Shown: in pieces, positions 39,001-48,779 of the stretch | Layout: the number at the start of each line of letters is the position of its first letter | Numbering within the stretch: position 1 is the first letter of the stretch | Origin: Thermoplasmata archaeon | Lineage (GTDB): Archaea > Thermoplasmatota > Thermoplasmata > UBA10834 | Assembly: GCA_035529455.1 (NCBI GenBank) | Contig: DATKWQ010000022.1 | Coordinates: forward strand, 7,418 to 71,417 | Reading direction: 5' to 3' | Length of the DNA: 64,000 nucleotides | Translations under genes and position numbers: made by a program | Notes under the pieces: generated by a model | The model's database searches: none | Told to the model about the DNA's origin: nothing | The model's input: the letters and a program-made list of their open reading frames with translations, nothing else

Positions 39001-40565
39001 GCGTCTATGTCGGCACCGCAGAGAGATGCGTCGCTGAAGGCATCGAGGCGTTCAACGACAAGAGATACCATGAGGCCCTCAAGCTCGCCATGAAATGCGA
39101 GACCGAGATGGAGCGGGCGGAGCTGCAGAGGGAAATAAGCAGCAAGGCGGTGGAGAACGTCCGCAAGAAGATATCCGACGCGAAGCTGGACGGCATCACT
39201 GCAGAAGTCGCCTTCGGACTGGTTGACAAGGCGGAGCAGCTGTTGGCGAAGGGCAGATACACGGACGCGCTTGCTGCTGCCATAGAGAGCGGCGACGCGC
39301 TTCACGAGATAAGGGAGCACCTCGACAGCGCTCGCATCGAGTTCAGCGCAGTCAGGGAGCAGATCGAGAGGCTGAAGAAGGTCAACATCGACACATCCGA
39401 GTGTGACGATATCCTCGGCGAGGCCCAGCGCCACCTGACATCTCTTGAATTCGAGAAATTCATGGACGCGCTCGTAAGATGCTCGACGACGGTGAGCGGG
39501 CTGTTCGAGAGCTCCATCAGCGACCTCATGGAGGAGTCGAAGACCAAGATGAATCTGGCGAAATCTCTGGGGATTAACACGAAGGCGTGTGAGGACCTGC
39601 TCGAAGTGGCTGGCACCTCACTGTCAGAGAGACTGTGGGACTTCGCCTACAAGCAGGCAAGGGAATGCGGGTCCAAGTGCACTGAGCTCGTAGACAAGAA
39701 GCTAAATGGCCTCATCCAGGACGCAACCGTAAGACTGGAGATTCTCGGCCACATAGGCGCGGCTGTGAAGACTATACAGGAGAGCATGGGCGAGGCGAAA
39801 GCTGTGAGCGCTTCAGGCGACCACGTCAAAGCCTTCGACATCCTCATGGACATCGACCAGAAGATCGCAGTCATCGAGGACTCCAACAGGAAATACCTCG
39901 ACATATCCATAGCCGCTGAGAGTGCGATAGAGAATCTGAGACGTCTTGGAGGACAGGTCAGAGAGGTAGAGCGTCTTGTAGCTCTCGCCGACCTCGAGAA
40001 GGAGAAGGATTACGATTCTGCGATAGAACTGGTTGCTGAGGCGCTCGACACCGCCCAGACGGAGCTGGAGTCATATGCGCCCGAGATCACCGGCTGGATC
40101 GAGACGGAGGGGCTGTACCACGACCAGGAGGGGGAGGTCACACTCGTTCTGAGGAACTCGGGCAAAGCTGAGGCAAGGGCAGTCACGGTAGACCTATCGG
40201 GCGAGTTCGAGGTCTTGTCCATTCAGGAGCTCCAGTCCATCGGTCCTGGCGCTGAGGGGCGCTTGACAGCGAAGATAGTCCCGAAAGCCGACGGGGAGCT
40301 CAAGATGAGCGCCAACATCAAGGTCAAACGGCCGTTCGATGCCATAGCAGATTCCTTTGACATTGACAGCAAGATGAAGGTCTATCCCTCTGGGGAACCC
40401 TTCAAGATCACGCGTGCGACGGGCGTGGCGATGTGCAGAATATGTCAGGGGAAGATCAAGGATGGGTTCGATGTCGTCTCCTGCAGATGCGGCAGTGAAC
40501 ATCACCTCGCCTGCGCGAAGAGGGCTATTGAATGCCCTGTCTGTTCTCAGAAGTACACGTTCTAA
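36051..40565 (+). CDS. Giant helical-repeat protein with C-terminal CARDB/Ig-like domain and C4HC3 Zn finger
   Basis: 1504 aa with recurring (G)xDv..a..ll..A..al...dY..A hairpins, LRNSGKAEARAV Ig-like segment and terminal CRIC..CRC..H..C..CPVC. Confidence 0.85.
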   Translation: MSGNYLKSLQLAKQLEQRAKEATQNKKLAEEERDAIQKFIDLCEESDVDLGDVDKLLSEFSASINAKDYQSAVGHARKAMESARTAYIRKVADVGDSVDALLKLIKGPEAESKGALEMLDKSKNLVMKDDLQGAMKQARSAYDAAERTFHEYFSLRFSQAQEIINQAKDMGEDVSLFEDLLNRSKSALEKQDYEGGISQLTEALEGAGENLKGQIEEAISKADDLSRAGQDIGADMERVTGHMERAKAALEGLRYRDALSYSKRAESDAEKAISNRLTDQIRDIRSGIKSMKTVDEDSKETRDLLDNAQEAIREKDYTAAISSFKDANKKIRDVHFQAVLSVIAKAKDKFVLAKKVGVDMSKAIELLNKSRASLRKDEFENAIKLAEESEDAVETALQLFYRARDELVELTKVIKLMKGLNIDIQEVKLRLDEAKKSFEKKDYESSSKALSEGISAGRNKIHEVVVSKTDMADGAIKLGKSIGAEVAEAEMAFQKAAESMTGEDLAKSIKLAEESLDAANNAISSALNARLRSLEEFIDGFEKKDDSMDGVREQIAAARKHIEAGEFEETNEIVSSVTRSLENVGKEECERLMATVNEKVDIARSIDVDTKAIEELLSEVDGLLESKAYDDAMVKIKGAIEKVDEASFRILQAEFSSIKGTIEEAKALEMDVSDIKDRLTEARIKAESHNYKESHDLTVVIKAAISDRVSMHDAIKERIRRAEGLIQEAAQSKADVSGLGEELKKAIGVFEEGRLDEAGSELDALIDETEKRLAMYLAAKLILASKESIELSVSHGIDVEEAQNLLSKAKEEMKDKSYDVALELSKMSSEMSAAALAKGVDELIKDVRRIVAEAKNVSMDTVGPDKLVEKAVELSKEGDYAGALRCVDSAKEDVDHVRNLNAQATAEIRSARTSLKEAEMLNMDIGQSREMLEQAVEALTRHQYAIAIELAKKSSETSMEITKTSVWKTLEEFKDKIDKASEEGVYVGTAERCVAEGIEAFNDKRYHEALKLAMKCETEMERAELQREISSKAVENVRKKISDAKLDGITAEVAFGLVDKAEQLLAKGRYTDALAAAIESGDALHEIREHLDSARIEFSAVREQIERLKKVNIDTSECDDILGEAQRHLTSLEFEKFMDALVRCSTTVSGLFESSISDLMEESKTKMNLAKSLGINTKACEDLLEVAGTSLSERLWDFAYKQARECGSKCTELVDKKLNGLIQDATVRLEILGHIGAAVKTIQESMGEAKAVSASGDHVKAFDILMDIDQKIAVIEDSNRKYLDISIAAESAIENLRRLGGQVREVERLVALADLEKEKDYDSAIELVAEALDTAQTELESYAPEITGWIETEGLYHDQEGEVTLVLRNSGKAEARAVTVDLSGEFEVLSIQELQSIGPGAEGRLTAKIVPKADGELKMSANIKVKRPFDAIADSFDIDSKMKVYPSGEPFKITRATGVAMCRICQGKIKDGFDVVSCRCGSEHHLACAKRAIECPVCSQKYTF

Positions 40566-41914
40566 CCTGATCCGCCGATCCTCGCACTGGATATCCTCAT
40601 AGCAGGCGTCTCGACTCCGAAGGCGTTCCTTGGGCATGAACCCATGAGGTCTATCTTCGAGAACATGTCCAGAAGGCCTATCCCCATTGTGGACTGGCGG
40701 ATTGCAGGGCCGACCTCACCATTCTCAATCGCGTAGCCCTCCATAATTAGGCACGAGAACTCGCCCGTCGCGAGGTTCGGCGAGTCGAACGTGACTCTCA
40801 GATAAACGCCTCTGCCGCAATCCTCGACCATCTCGTCCAACGAGACGTCACCTTTCCGAACCACAAGATTGGCAGATGATATGCCAGGCGGGTGTCTGTA
40901 GCTCCAGATGGCTCCGCCCCTTGAGGAATTCCCAGTGCTCTCGACTGAATCTTTTCCAGCAGTGTAGGAATCGTGGAGATACGTCCTCAGCTTCCCGTCT
41001 TCTATGACCGCCTTCCTCATCGGCGCCACGCCCTCTCCATCGAATGACGTGCTGCCGATTGCCCACTCCAATGTGGGGTCATCATAGATGGACAACACCT
41101 CCGAACCGACAGTGGAGCCCAGTCTCCCTGCGAGATAGCTCCTACGGCGTTGGACGCTCTCGGCGTTCGCTCCGCTTCCGACCGCCGCAGAGAGTATGTA
41201 CCCCGCAGCCAAAGGATCGAGGATGACAGGATAGTCTCCGGTCTGCATCTTCTTGTGCGTCAGCCCCTTTAGGGCGTGTTCTCTCGCGCTCGAGCCGACC
41301 TTCAGGGGAGCGTCAGGGTCCAGCTTCCTACTGGAGGCGTAGTCCATCCCAGAGAACATTACGCCGCCCGAACGCGCGACCGCCTCGGCGAAGACATCGA
41401 ACGACGTCATCCTCTGCGAGGCGACAAGCCCGTTGCTGTTAGCCAGCGCGACCTCGCCCGTTGAGACTGTCAGGCCGGCGTTCACAGAACTCATCCGCTC
41501 GTCGGCGGAGGCCTCGTCGACCAAAGACAGCAGGAGGTCCACAGCCTCCTCAGGTCTGAGAGCGGCCACCTTCGGGTCGTAAAGGCCGTCGACCACGACG
41601 GGTGTTGAAGGCGATGGCAACGCCTTGAAATCCGCGTCTGGGGTGCCGGCTCTCGCCATCGACACCGCCAGTTCGGCGGCTTCATTGACCTCCGCAGCAC
41701 CTTGGTTTGTGCAGTATGCGAACCCTGAGCTGCCGTTCTCGAAGACGCGTATGGCGATCCCGGGGTCCGCCATGTAACTCGCCTGCTTGACAGACCCCTT
41801 CTCGACCTCCGCAGTTGCTAATCGAGCATCAGCGACAAGGACATCGCACACCTTTCCTCCGAGCCGACCAACGAGCTCGACGACCTCTTCTGCAAGTTCA
41901 GACATCTCGGTCAA
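40562..41914 (-). CDS. TldE/PmbA family protein
   Basis: GIAIRV, IYDDP, FDGEG, STGN, TGEFS; no HExxxH. Confidence 0.9.
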   Translation of the reverse strand: MTEMSELAEEVVELVGRLGGKVCDVLVADARLATAEVEKGSVKQASYMADPGIAIRVFENGSSGFAYCTNQGAAEVNEAAELAVSMARAGTPDADFKALPSPSTPVVVDGLYDPKVAALRPEEAVDLLLSLVDEASADERMSSVNAGLTVSTGEVALANSNGLVASQRMTSFDVFAEAVARSGGVMFSGMDYASSRKLDPDAPLKVGSSAREHALKGLTHKKMQTGDYPVILDPLAAGYILSAAVGSGANAESVQRRRSYLAGRLGSTVGSEVLSIYDDPTLEWAIGSTSFDGEGVAPMRKAVIEDGKLRTYLHDSYTAGKDSVESTGNSSRGGAIWSYRHPPGISSANLVVRKGDVSLDEMVEDCGRGVYLRVTFDSPNLATGEFSCLIMEGYAIENGEVGPAIRQSTMGIGLLDMFSKIDLMGSCPRNAFGVETPAMRISSARIGGSG

Positions 41915-41925
41915 ATGAATCACTC

Positions 41926-43320
41926 CTATGCAAGTCCTCCGACCACGACATTCTCCACTCTGATGTGAGGTCCGCCATCGGTCGTTCTGGCGTCCTGTCC
42001 TGATTTGCCGCAATACCCAGGGTCGACGAGTTCGAAGTCGTCGGCTATCCCTGTTACATCCTTCAGAACCTCCTGTATCAGCCCCGTGAGGATTGCGTCG
42101 CGATAACGTTGTCCAACAACGCCGTTCTTGATGTGATAGGCCTCGTCGCATTTGAACATGAACTGGCCCTTCGCGGGTTCGACATATCCGTACTGGCCGC
42201 CTTTGATCAGGAGACCTTCCTTCAGATCGCCTATGAGTTCGTCCTTCTTCATATCGCCCGGACCAATGTATGTATTGCTCATCCGCACGATGGGCGGGCT
42301 GGCGTACGAATCGGACCTTGCCGCGCCGTTCGGGGTCGTCCCCATCCTGCTGCTCGTTTCGAGATTGTGCAGGAACTCATTCAGCACTCCATCCTGTATG
42401 AGCACGTGCTTCTTCGACTCGACGCCCTCCCAGTCGTTGGGAAAGTATCCGAATGTATCTGTGACCGTCGGGTCGTCGACCAGAGTGACCGTCTCATGCG
42501 CAACTTCCTTTCCCTCCATACCCTCTAGGACAGACGCTCCAGCGAGGATCGCGTCCGCCTCGCAGGCGTGACCGAAAGCCTCGTGCGCAAGCAGACCGGT
42601 CATCTTGTTGTCGAGCACACATGTGAACTTGCCGGCCGGGACGGGTTTGGAATCGAGCAACCTGATCGCCTGCTCCGCAGCCTCCTTCCCACAATTGGCG
42701 GCAGCATCTGTGCCCATGAGCTCGAACCCGCCCACGTTTCCCACAGCCCCATGACCTCTCTGGACGATTCCGTCGGATTTCCCCCAGGCAGCGCAAGAAG
42801 CCAGGGTCCAAGTCTCTCGGGTCTTCACAAGCGTTCCGAATGAGTTCGCGATGATCCTGTCTCCCTCGAGGTCATCATATCTCGCACTCCTGCTGATTAT
42901 GCGCTCGTCGTGGCTACTCATCGACTTGTCAAGCCCGAGGACGAAAGAGAGTTTGTCAGCAACGGCGACAGTCGACGGGGCGGTTCTGCAGCTGTACCTG
43001 ACATTCTTGCGAATCGAAGGTGTCGACTCGATCTTGAAGTCCAGCTTCGCCTTCTCCTTGCACACTTTGGCCAAGCGAACCGATACTTCGGCCGCCTTCA
43101 TGAGCTCAGATGTATCAAAGCCGTTGCATACTGCGAATCCCCATCCGCCGCTCACAAAGGACCGTATCCCACAGCCCTTTTCTATGTGAGCAGTGACTGT
43201 CTTCGTCTTTCCATCCATGACGAGTATGTTAACACCTGAGACAGACTCAATCCTCAGGTCGGCGAATTCCGCTCCAAGGCTCAATGCGCGTTCAATCACA
43301 GCTTCTGCGATATCCTCCAA
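41926..43320 (-). CDS. tldD: TldD family metalloprotease
   Basis: HEAFGHACEAD, DWEG, NGAAR, RMSNT, GYCGKSGQ, GGPH. Confidence 0.93.
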   Translation of the reverse strand: MEDIAEAVIERALSLGAEFADLRIESVSGVNILVMDGKTKTVTAHIEKGCGIRSFVSGGWGFAVCNGFDTSELMKAAEVSVRLAKVCKEKAKLDFKIESTPSIRKNVRYSCRTAPSTVAVADKLSFVLGLDKSMSSHDERIISRSARYDDLEGDRIIANSFGTLVKTRETWTLASCAAWGKSDGIVQRGHGAVGNVGGFELMGTDAAANCGKEAAEQAIRLLDSKPVPAGKFTCVLDNKMTGLLAHEAFGHACEADAILAGASVLEGMEGKEVAHETVTLVDDPTVTDTFGYFPNDWEGVESKKHVLIQDGVLNEFLHNLETSSRMGTTPNGAARSDSYASPPIVRMSNTYIGPGDMKKDELIGDLKEGLLIKGGQYGYVEPAKGQFMFKCDEAYHIKNGVVGQRYRDAILTGLIQEVLKDVTGIADDFELVDPGYCGKSGQDARTTDGGPHIRVENVVVGGLA

Positions 43321-43384
43321 CTACAATCCCCCTTACTTGCCTCTCATCCTATAGGTCATCTTGACGATCATCCCTGTCACGGAG

Positions 43385-44938
43385 TCAGGCCCTGCGAAAC
43401 TCACAAGCGCCTTCCGCGGCGTCGACGAACACGCCTTCGGATATCATCTTCGCGACTGTCTCGATATCCCCTGACATCGATCGGTCCTCCTCAAGCATCG
43501 GGACGGCTGTTCGCAGCCTGCTTCTAACCGCCTCGATGGAGGGGGTCGAGTGCAATGCTATGTAGTCCAATCCTTGGGCTGCGGCGATCATCTCGATCGA
43601 TAGCAGGCGGGTGACATTCTCGACTATCTTCCGCGCCTTCCACGCAGCCGTCATCCCCATGCTGTTGTGGTCCTCCTGGCCAGCGCTCGTCGGAATTGAG
43701 TCAGCCGACGCTGGATGGACCAGCACCTTGTTCTCCGACACGATGGATGCCGCGACGTACTGGGGCACCATCATTCCGGAATTCAGACCTCCGTGTCGTG
43801 TGAGGAAAGGCGGGAGGCCGCTCAGTTTGTGGTCGGACAATCGGAACGTCCTGCGCTCCGAGAAAGCGCCGAGCTCGTGCACTGCTAGACCGAGGTAATC
43901 CATCGCCAGGGCGATGGGCTGCCCGTGGAAGTTGCCACCAGATAAGACCCTGCCATCCTCCGGAAAGAACAGCGGGTTGTCGGTGGCCGAATTGATCTCT
44001 ACACTGAGCACTCCCATGGTGTACCACACCGCGTCGAGGGTAGCGCCCATCACCTGAGGGATACATCTGAGAGTGTATGCATCCTGGACTTTCGAACAGT
44101 GCCTGTGCGACAGCATGATGGGGCTGCCGCTCAGCAGCGAGGTCATGTTCTTGGCGACAGCGGCCTGACCTCTATGGGCCCTTGTTCTTGATATCGCCTC
44201 ATCGAACGCTGCCGATGTGCCCTTGAGCGCCTCGAGCGACATGGCCGCGGCGATTTGCGCGTTGTCTATCAGGTTCGCAGAGTCCTCCGCTGCCAGACAG
44301 CCCACGGCCGTCATGGCCTGCGTGCCGTTTATGAGCGATATCGCCTCCTTGGGCTCGAGGACTATCGGATCGAGCTTCGCGTCTCCGAGCGCCTGCGCCC
44401 CGGGCAAAGGACCGCACTCGTTATCCACCTGACCCTCGCCTATCATGACGAGTGCAAGATGGGCCAACAGCGCCAGGTCTCCGCTTGCGCCCACCGAACC
44501 CTGACGGGGGACAATTGGGTGTATCTGCATGTTGAGCATCGATGTCAGCATCTCCACGACATCGGGGCGGACTGCGGAGTAACCCTTTGACAGAGCGTTC
44601 GCCCTTAGGAGCATCATCGCCCTGACGACCTCTGCGGGAAGAGAGTCGCCAACCGCGCATGCGTGGCTCCTTAGGAGGTTCACCTGGAGACGCCGCAGGT
44701 CACTGTCAGGGATCTTCACATCCGCTAGGTCTCCCACACCGGTGTTCACCGCGTAGACAGTCGTCCCTTCGGAGAGGAGTTTCTCCAGCGAGTCACGAGC
44801 ACAGGACATCCGCTTCCTCACCTCGTCGGGCAATTCCACGATGGCATTGTGGCGTGCCACCTGAACGACCTTGTCCACGGATAGCGTCGCCCCGTCGATT
44901 CTCACGGGGCCCGAAGTCTCCAATTTAGTATCAGTCAT
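43385..44938 (-). CDS. hutH: Histidine ammonia-lyase
   Basis: YAVNTG, LLRSHA (SH specificity pair of HAL), MIO-forming GASGDL, QDAYTLRC, GGNFHG, QEDHNSM. Confidence 0.95.
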   Translation of the reverse strand: MTDTKLETSGPVRIDGATLSVDKVVQVARHNAIVELPDEVRKRMSCARDSLEKLLSEGTTVYAVNTGVGDLADVKIPDSDLRRLQVNLLRSHACAVGDSLPAEVVRAMMLLRANALSKGYSAVRPDVVEMLTSMLNMQIHPIVPRQGSVGASGDLALLAHLALVMIGEGQVDNECGPLPGAQALGDAKLDPIVLEPKEAISLINGTQAMTAVGCLAAEDSANLIDNAQIAAAMSLEALKGTSAAFDEAISRTRAHRGQAAVAKNMTSLLSGSPIMLSHRHCSKVQDAYTLRCIPQVMGATLDAVWYTMGVLSVEINSATDNPLFFPEDGRVLSGGNFHGQPIALAMDYLGLAVHELGAFSERRTFRLSDHKLSGLPPFLTRHGGLNSGMMVPQYVAASIVSENKVLVHPASADSIPTSAGQEDHNSMGMTAAWKARKIVENVTRLLSIEMIAAAQGLDYIALHSTPSIEAVRSRLRTAVPMLEEDRSMSGDIETVAKMISEGVFVDAAEGACEFRRA

Positions 44939-44994
44939 CGGCAACCCGACCTGCCACGTCCTCTGGGCATGAATCCCATTGCTCATACCTGAAG

Positions 44995-45429
44995 TTATTC
45001 ATCCTGGGGAGCCACTTTCGTCCCCTCACAGATAGGTATGAACTTGTACCCGTAGTGTATCACTCCAGCAGAGCCCTCTTCACTGAGCTTTCTGAGAGTG
45101 GTCCGGACTTTCGTACCGATGGAGAGATCACGGGCGTCGCAGTCGATTACCTGACCGGTGATCTTTGTGCCTTCATCGAGCTCCACCATCGCAACGATAT
45201 ATGGTTTCTGCATGTTCTGCTCGTCCATGCCCTCGTGAACCTCCGTGAATGAGAATATGGTCCCGGTGCCCTTCAGCTTCACCGGCTCCATCTTACCGAC
45301 GCTCTTCCTGCGACAGACAGGGCATATGATCCTCGGCGGGAAATTGTACCTGCCACAGCTGTTGCACTTGAAACCGAACAGGTTGTATCTGCTCGGATTC
45401 TCCCTCCAGAATCTCGGTGCGGTTGCCAT
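44995..45429 (-). CDS. DUF35 Zn-ribbon/OB-fold scaffold of the thiolase-HMGS complex
   Basis: CxxCG..FPPR..CPxC, PY..A.VEL, IHYGYKF. Confidence 0.93.
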   Translation of the reverse strand: MATAPRFWRENPSRYNLFGFKCNSCGRYNFPPRIICPVCRRKSVGKMEPVKLKGTGTIFSFTEVHEGMDEQNMQKPYIVAMVELDEGTKITGQVIDCDARDLSIGTKVRTTLRKLSEEGSAGVIHYGYKFIPICEGTKVAPQDE

Positions 45430-45430
45430 C

Positions 45431-46603
45431 TCATGCCCTCCTGAATATGTGGACGACGACAGTGGCTCCCGTGCCACCGACGTTCTGCGCAAGGCCGACG
45501 GCCGCATCCTTCACCTGGCGCTTGTCCGCCTTGCCTCTGAGCTGAGTCACGATCTCTACCGCCTGAGCGACGCCAGTCGCTCCGATCGGGTCGCCCCTGG
45601 CTTTCAATCCGCCTGAGGTGTTCACGGCCACGTCGCCTCCCAAAGAGGTCCTGCCTTCCTCAGTTGCCTTGCCACCTTCCCCTTTGGGGAAGAAGCCCAT
45701 ATCCTCAACTGCAAGTATCTCACTTATCGTGAAATTGTCATGGACCTCAACAACTTGGACGTCCTTCTGGGACAGCCCCGCCATCTTGAAGGCCCTCTCA
45801 GCTGCGACCTTCGTCGCTGCCATGGTGCATATGTCCTTCCTGTGGTGCAGCGCGAGTGAGTCGCTCGCCTGTCCAGAGCCAGTTATCTCGACGGGGGTCT
45901 CAGCGTACTTCTTCGCCGCATCAAGAGGACAGAGAACGACCGCTGCTGCGCCGTCGGAGCTCGGAGCACAATCAAACATTCTCAAAGGCGATGCCACGAT
46001 CGGCGACCTGAGCACGACATCGCGGGTGATCTCCCTCCTGAACTGAGCCTTCGGGTTCAGAGAACCGTGCCTGTGGTTCTTGACCGCCACATCCGCCAGC
46101 TGCTCTCTGGTTGTGCCATAATCATGCATGTGTCTTGTGGCGATTAGAGCATGCAAGCTAGCGAAGGTAGCGCCGAGCTCGGTCTCCCACTCCTGGTCGG
46201 CAGCCGACGACTGAATCATCGAAGACTCCATGTCGCTGACGTCCGTCATCTTCTCGGCCCCTCCCACGACGACGATGTCGTGCAGACCAGAGGCGACGGC
46301 AAGGAACCCCTGTCTCAGAGCAAGGCCGCCAGAGGCGCCTGCAGCCTCCACTCTGGTGGCGGGTATGTGATCCCTCGCAAGGCCCGAGTAGTCGGCTATG
46401 AGCGCGGCCACATGTTCCTGTCTTATGAACCGGCCCGCGGACATGTTGCCCACGTACATCGCATCTATCTGGTCGGCGGATATCTTAGCGTCCTCGACTG
46501 CCGCCAACCCTGCTCCAATGCCAAGTTTCCTGAAGGATGCGTCCCACAGCTCCCCGAACTCGGTTATGCCTATACCAATGACTGCGACTCGCCTCATCTT
46601 CAA
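45431..46603 (-). CDS. Archaeal acetyl-CoA acetyltransferase (thiolase)
   Basis: [54 protein letters not shown]. Confidence 0.9.
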   Translation of the reverse strand: MKMRRVAVIGIGITEFGELWDASFRKLGIGAGLAAVEDAKISADQIDAMYVGNMSAGRFIRQEHVAALIADYSGLARDHIPATRVEAAGASGGLALRQGFLAVASGLHDIVVVGGAEKMTDVSDMESSMIQSSAADQEWETELGATFASLHALIATRHMHDYGTTREQLADVAVKNHRHGSLNPKAQFRREITRDVVLRSPIVASPLRMFDCAPSSDGAAAVVLCPLDAAKKYAETPVEITGSGQASDSLALHHRKDICTMAATKVAAERAFKMAGLSQKDVQVVEVHDNFTISEILAVEDMGFFPKGEGGKATEEGRTSLGGDVAVNTSGGLKARGDPIGATGVAQAVEIVTQLRGKADKRQVKDAAVGLAQNVGGTGATVVVHIFRRA

Positions 46604-47664
46604 TCACGCCCCTTCACGATCTTGCCCTTGTACTTCGCATAAGTGGCGTAGTCCAGGAATCTTGGGTTAGCCAGCAATTCCCCCATCTTCGGCGCCATAT
46701 CCTTCTTGTATCGTGCCATCTCGTCAGTGACTGATATATCGAACGCGTCTGATCCTGCGCCCGAACCGTAGGCGACGGCGAAGATCCTATCGCCAGGTTT
46801 GGCAACGTCGAGTATCCCTGCGAGTCCCAGCGGGACGGCTCCAGAATATGTGTTCCCGATCGTGGGGACCAGCAAACCCGTACGTATCTGCTCCTCAGTG
46901 AATCCAAGCTGCTTAGCCACGCGCGTCGGGAACTTGCCGTTTGGCTGGTGGAAGACCGCATATGTGTAGTCTTTCGAAGTTGTACCAGCCCGTTCGAACA
47001 TTCCTTTCGCTCCACTGACAACGTGCTTGAAGTAGGCGGGTTCGCCCGTGAACCGCCCTCCATGGCGAGGGAACATCTGTCCCTCTCGTCTCCAGAAGTC
47101 CGGCGTGTCCGTCGTATAAGAATAAGTGCGGTTCACCGTGGCGATGACCTTCTCCTTCCCGATGAGGAATGCCGCCCCACCAGCAGAGGCCGAGTATTCT
47201 AACGCGTCGCCTGGCGCGCCCTGCGATGTGTCCGCGCCGATGGCCACTGCGTACTTGACCATGCCCGAGCCCACGAGGCCGAGACACGCCTGCATCGCCG
47301 CTGTACCGGCCTTGCATGCGAACTCGAAATCGGCGACTGTCAGGTCCGGAGCCGCCTCGATCGCCTCGGCGACGATGGTCCCGCTGGGCTTCACTGCGTA
47401 AGGATGCGATTCAGAGCCTACGTACAGCGCGCCAATGTCTTTGGGATCGACATCGCATCGCCTCATCATGTTCCTCGCGGCCTCGACCGCGATGGTGATC
47501 GTGTCCTCGTCCGGTGCGGGCACTGACTTGCTCGTTATCATGAGGCCCTTTCCCATCGCCTTTCCGTCCACGCCCCAGACCTTGCCTATCTCTTCCGGCG
47601 TTATCCTGAAATGCGGCACATAAGCGCCATAGCTGACTATCCCAACCCCGTCCATCACAATCAT
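46600..47664 (-). CDS. Hydroxymethylglutaryl-CoA synthase
   Basis: [45 protein letters not shown]. Confidence 0.95.
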   Translation of the reverse strand: MIVMDGVGIVSYGAYVPHFRITPEEIGKVWGVDGKAMGKGLMITSKSVPAPDEDTITIAVEAARNMMRRCDVDPKDIGALYVGSESHPYAVKPSGTIVAEAIEAAPDLTVADFEFACKAGTAAMQACLGLVGSGMVKYAVAIGADTSQGAPGDALEYSASAGGAAFLIGKEKVIATVNRTYSYTTDTPDFWRREGQMFPRHGGRFTGEPAYFKHVVSGAKGMFERAGTTSKDYTYAVFHQPNGKFPTRVAKQLGFTEEQIRTGLLVPTIGNTYSGAVPLGLAGILDVAKPGDRIFAVAYGSGAGSDAFDISVTDEMARYKKDMAPKMGELLANPRFLDYATYAKYKGKIVKGRD

Positions 47665-47676
47665 CTCTCCGTACAA

Positions 47677-48360
47677 TCACCCGAGCGCCTGCAACTTATC
47701 CACAAGGTCGCCTATCGCAAGCGAAGTCCGTATGAGCGGAATACCTTCCAGCTCGGCCAGCCTTATCGCCAGCTCGTCCACATGCTCCGGCTTCTGGTAC
47801 ACGACAAGGGCGGGTTTAAGCGGATGCGCCCTTATCGCTATCATGGGAGACCGCCCGAAGCGGACGCCCGTGAATATCAACGCTCTCTGGCTGCTCCAGC
47901 CGTATATCTTGAGGTAATCGAACGAGCTGAGGGTGGTTATCGCCCTCACACTGTCGATCACGGTGTATCCGTGGATGTGCTTGTCGAGTGGTATCGCGGG
48001 CGTGAGATTGTCTCCTTTGATGCTCTGAATGAGTTCTGGAGCGAGTATCTCCGCGGAGAACTCCTTGATGGATATGATCGAGTCTGTTTTGCCTGCGAGA
48101 GAGTACTGCTTGAGCACATTCGCCCCGGTCTTCTCATCGATCTCAAGGAACGCGTCGACGATCTTCCTTATCGTCGCGATGCCGGGGGATTTTCGCCTCC
48201 CGGCCTCGTAATCGCTTATGACGGAAGGAGACACGCCGAGGTGCTTGGAAAGGTCCTGCTGAGAGATGACGAACTGCTCTCGCCATTTCCTTATCGTACG
48301 GCCTGGCTCCTCCGAAAGGCAGATCTCGCCAGCGATCTTCTCCCTGACCTGATCTCGCAT
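47677..48360 (-). CDS. XRE-type HTH transcriptional regulator (COG1709-like)
   Basis: KIAGEI, IRKWRE..ISQ.DL...LGVSPSVISDYE.GRRKSPG, GRSPMIAIR. Confidence 0.9.
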   Translation of the reverse strand: MRDQVREKIAGEICLSEEPGRTIRKWREQFVISQQDLSKHLGVSPSVISDYEAGRRKSPGIATIRKIVDAFLEIDEKTGANVLKQYSLAGKTDSIISIKEFSAEILAPELIQSIKGDNLTPAIPLDKHIHGYTVIDSVRAITTLSSFDYLKIYGWSSQRALIFTGVRFGRSPMIAIRAHPLKPALVVYQKPEHVDELAIRLAELEGIPLIRTSLAIGDLVDKLQALG

Positions 48361-48361
48361 G

Positions 48362-48388
48362 ATTTGCGGAGCAATTTGCGGCTATAAA
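48362..48388 (-). promoter_or_regulatory. TATA box plus CCGCAAAT direct repeat immediately before the regulator start
   Basis: Minus strand reads TTTATAG-CCGCAAAT-TGCT-CCGCAAAT-C-ATG. Confidence 0.5.
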
Positions 48389-48619
48389 TAGTTGCCGTAC
48401 CACTCCACCGGCAATAGCCGTAATGCACTGATCCTCACATCATCTGGCCTTGCCAAGATATGGAGTGCGCACATTCATCGAGTCCGAGTACAACGCGGAC
48501 GTTGGTTCGCCGGATTCTGGCGGTGGTTGGGCGCATTCCACAACGACCGTTTGATGACACGGACCTGCACTATGCATATATAAGACACCTTTTCTATCCC
48601 TGTTCGCCCGACCCAGTCT

Positions 48620-48693
48620 GGGGTAGTGGTCTAGCTTGGCATGATCCGTGGTTCGGGACCACGTGACCGTCGGTTCAAATCCGACCTACCCCA
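48620..48693 (+). tRNA. tRNA-Pro(CGG)
   Basis: Acceptor GGGGTAG/CTACCCC, anticodon arm CGTGG-TTCGGGA-CCACG, T arm GTCGG-TTCAAAT-CCGAC. CCA is not encoded; a TATA lies upstream. Confidence 0.95.
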
Positions 48694-48779
48694 CTTCTAT
48701 CCCACTGGCCAAATTCTAATTTTGCACTTCTTGGATTTCGACTTGCAGGGGCTTCCGAGCCTGCCGTTGAACACAAGAC

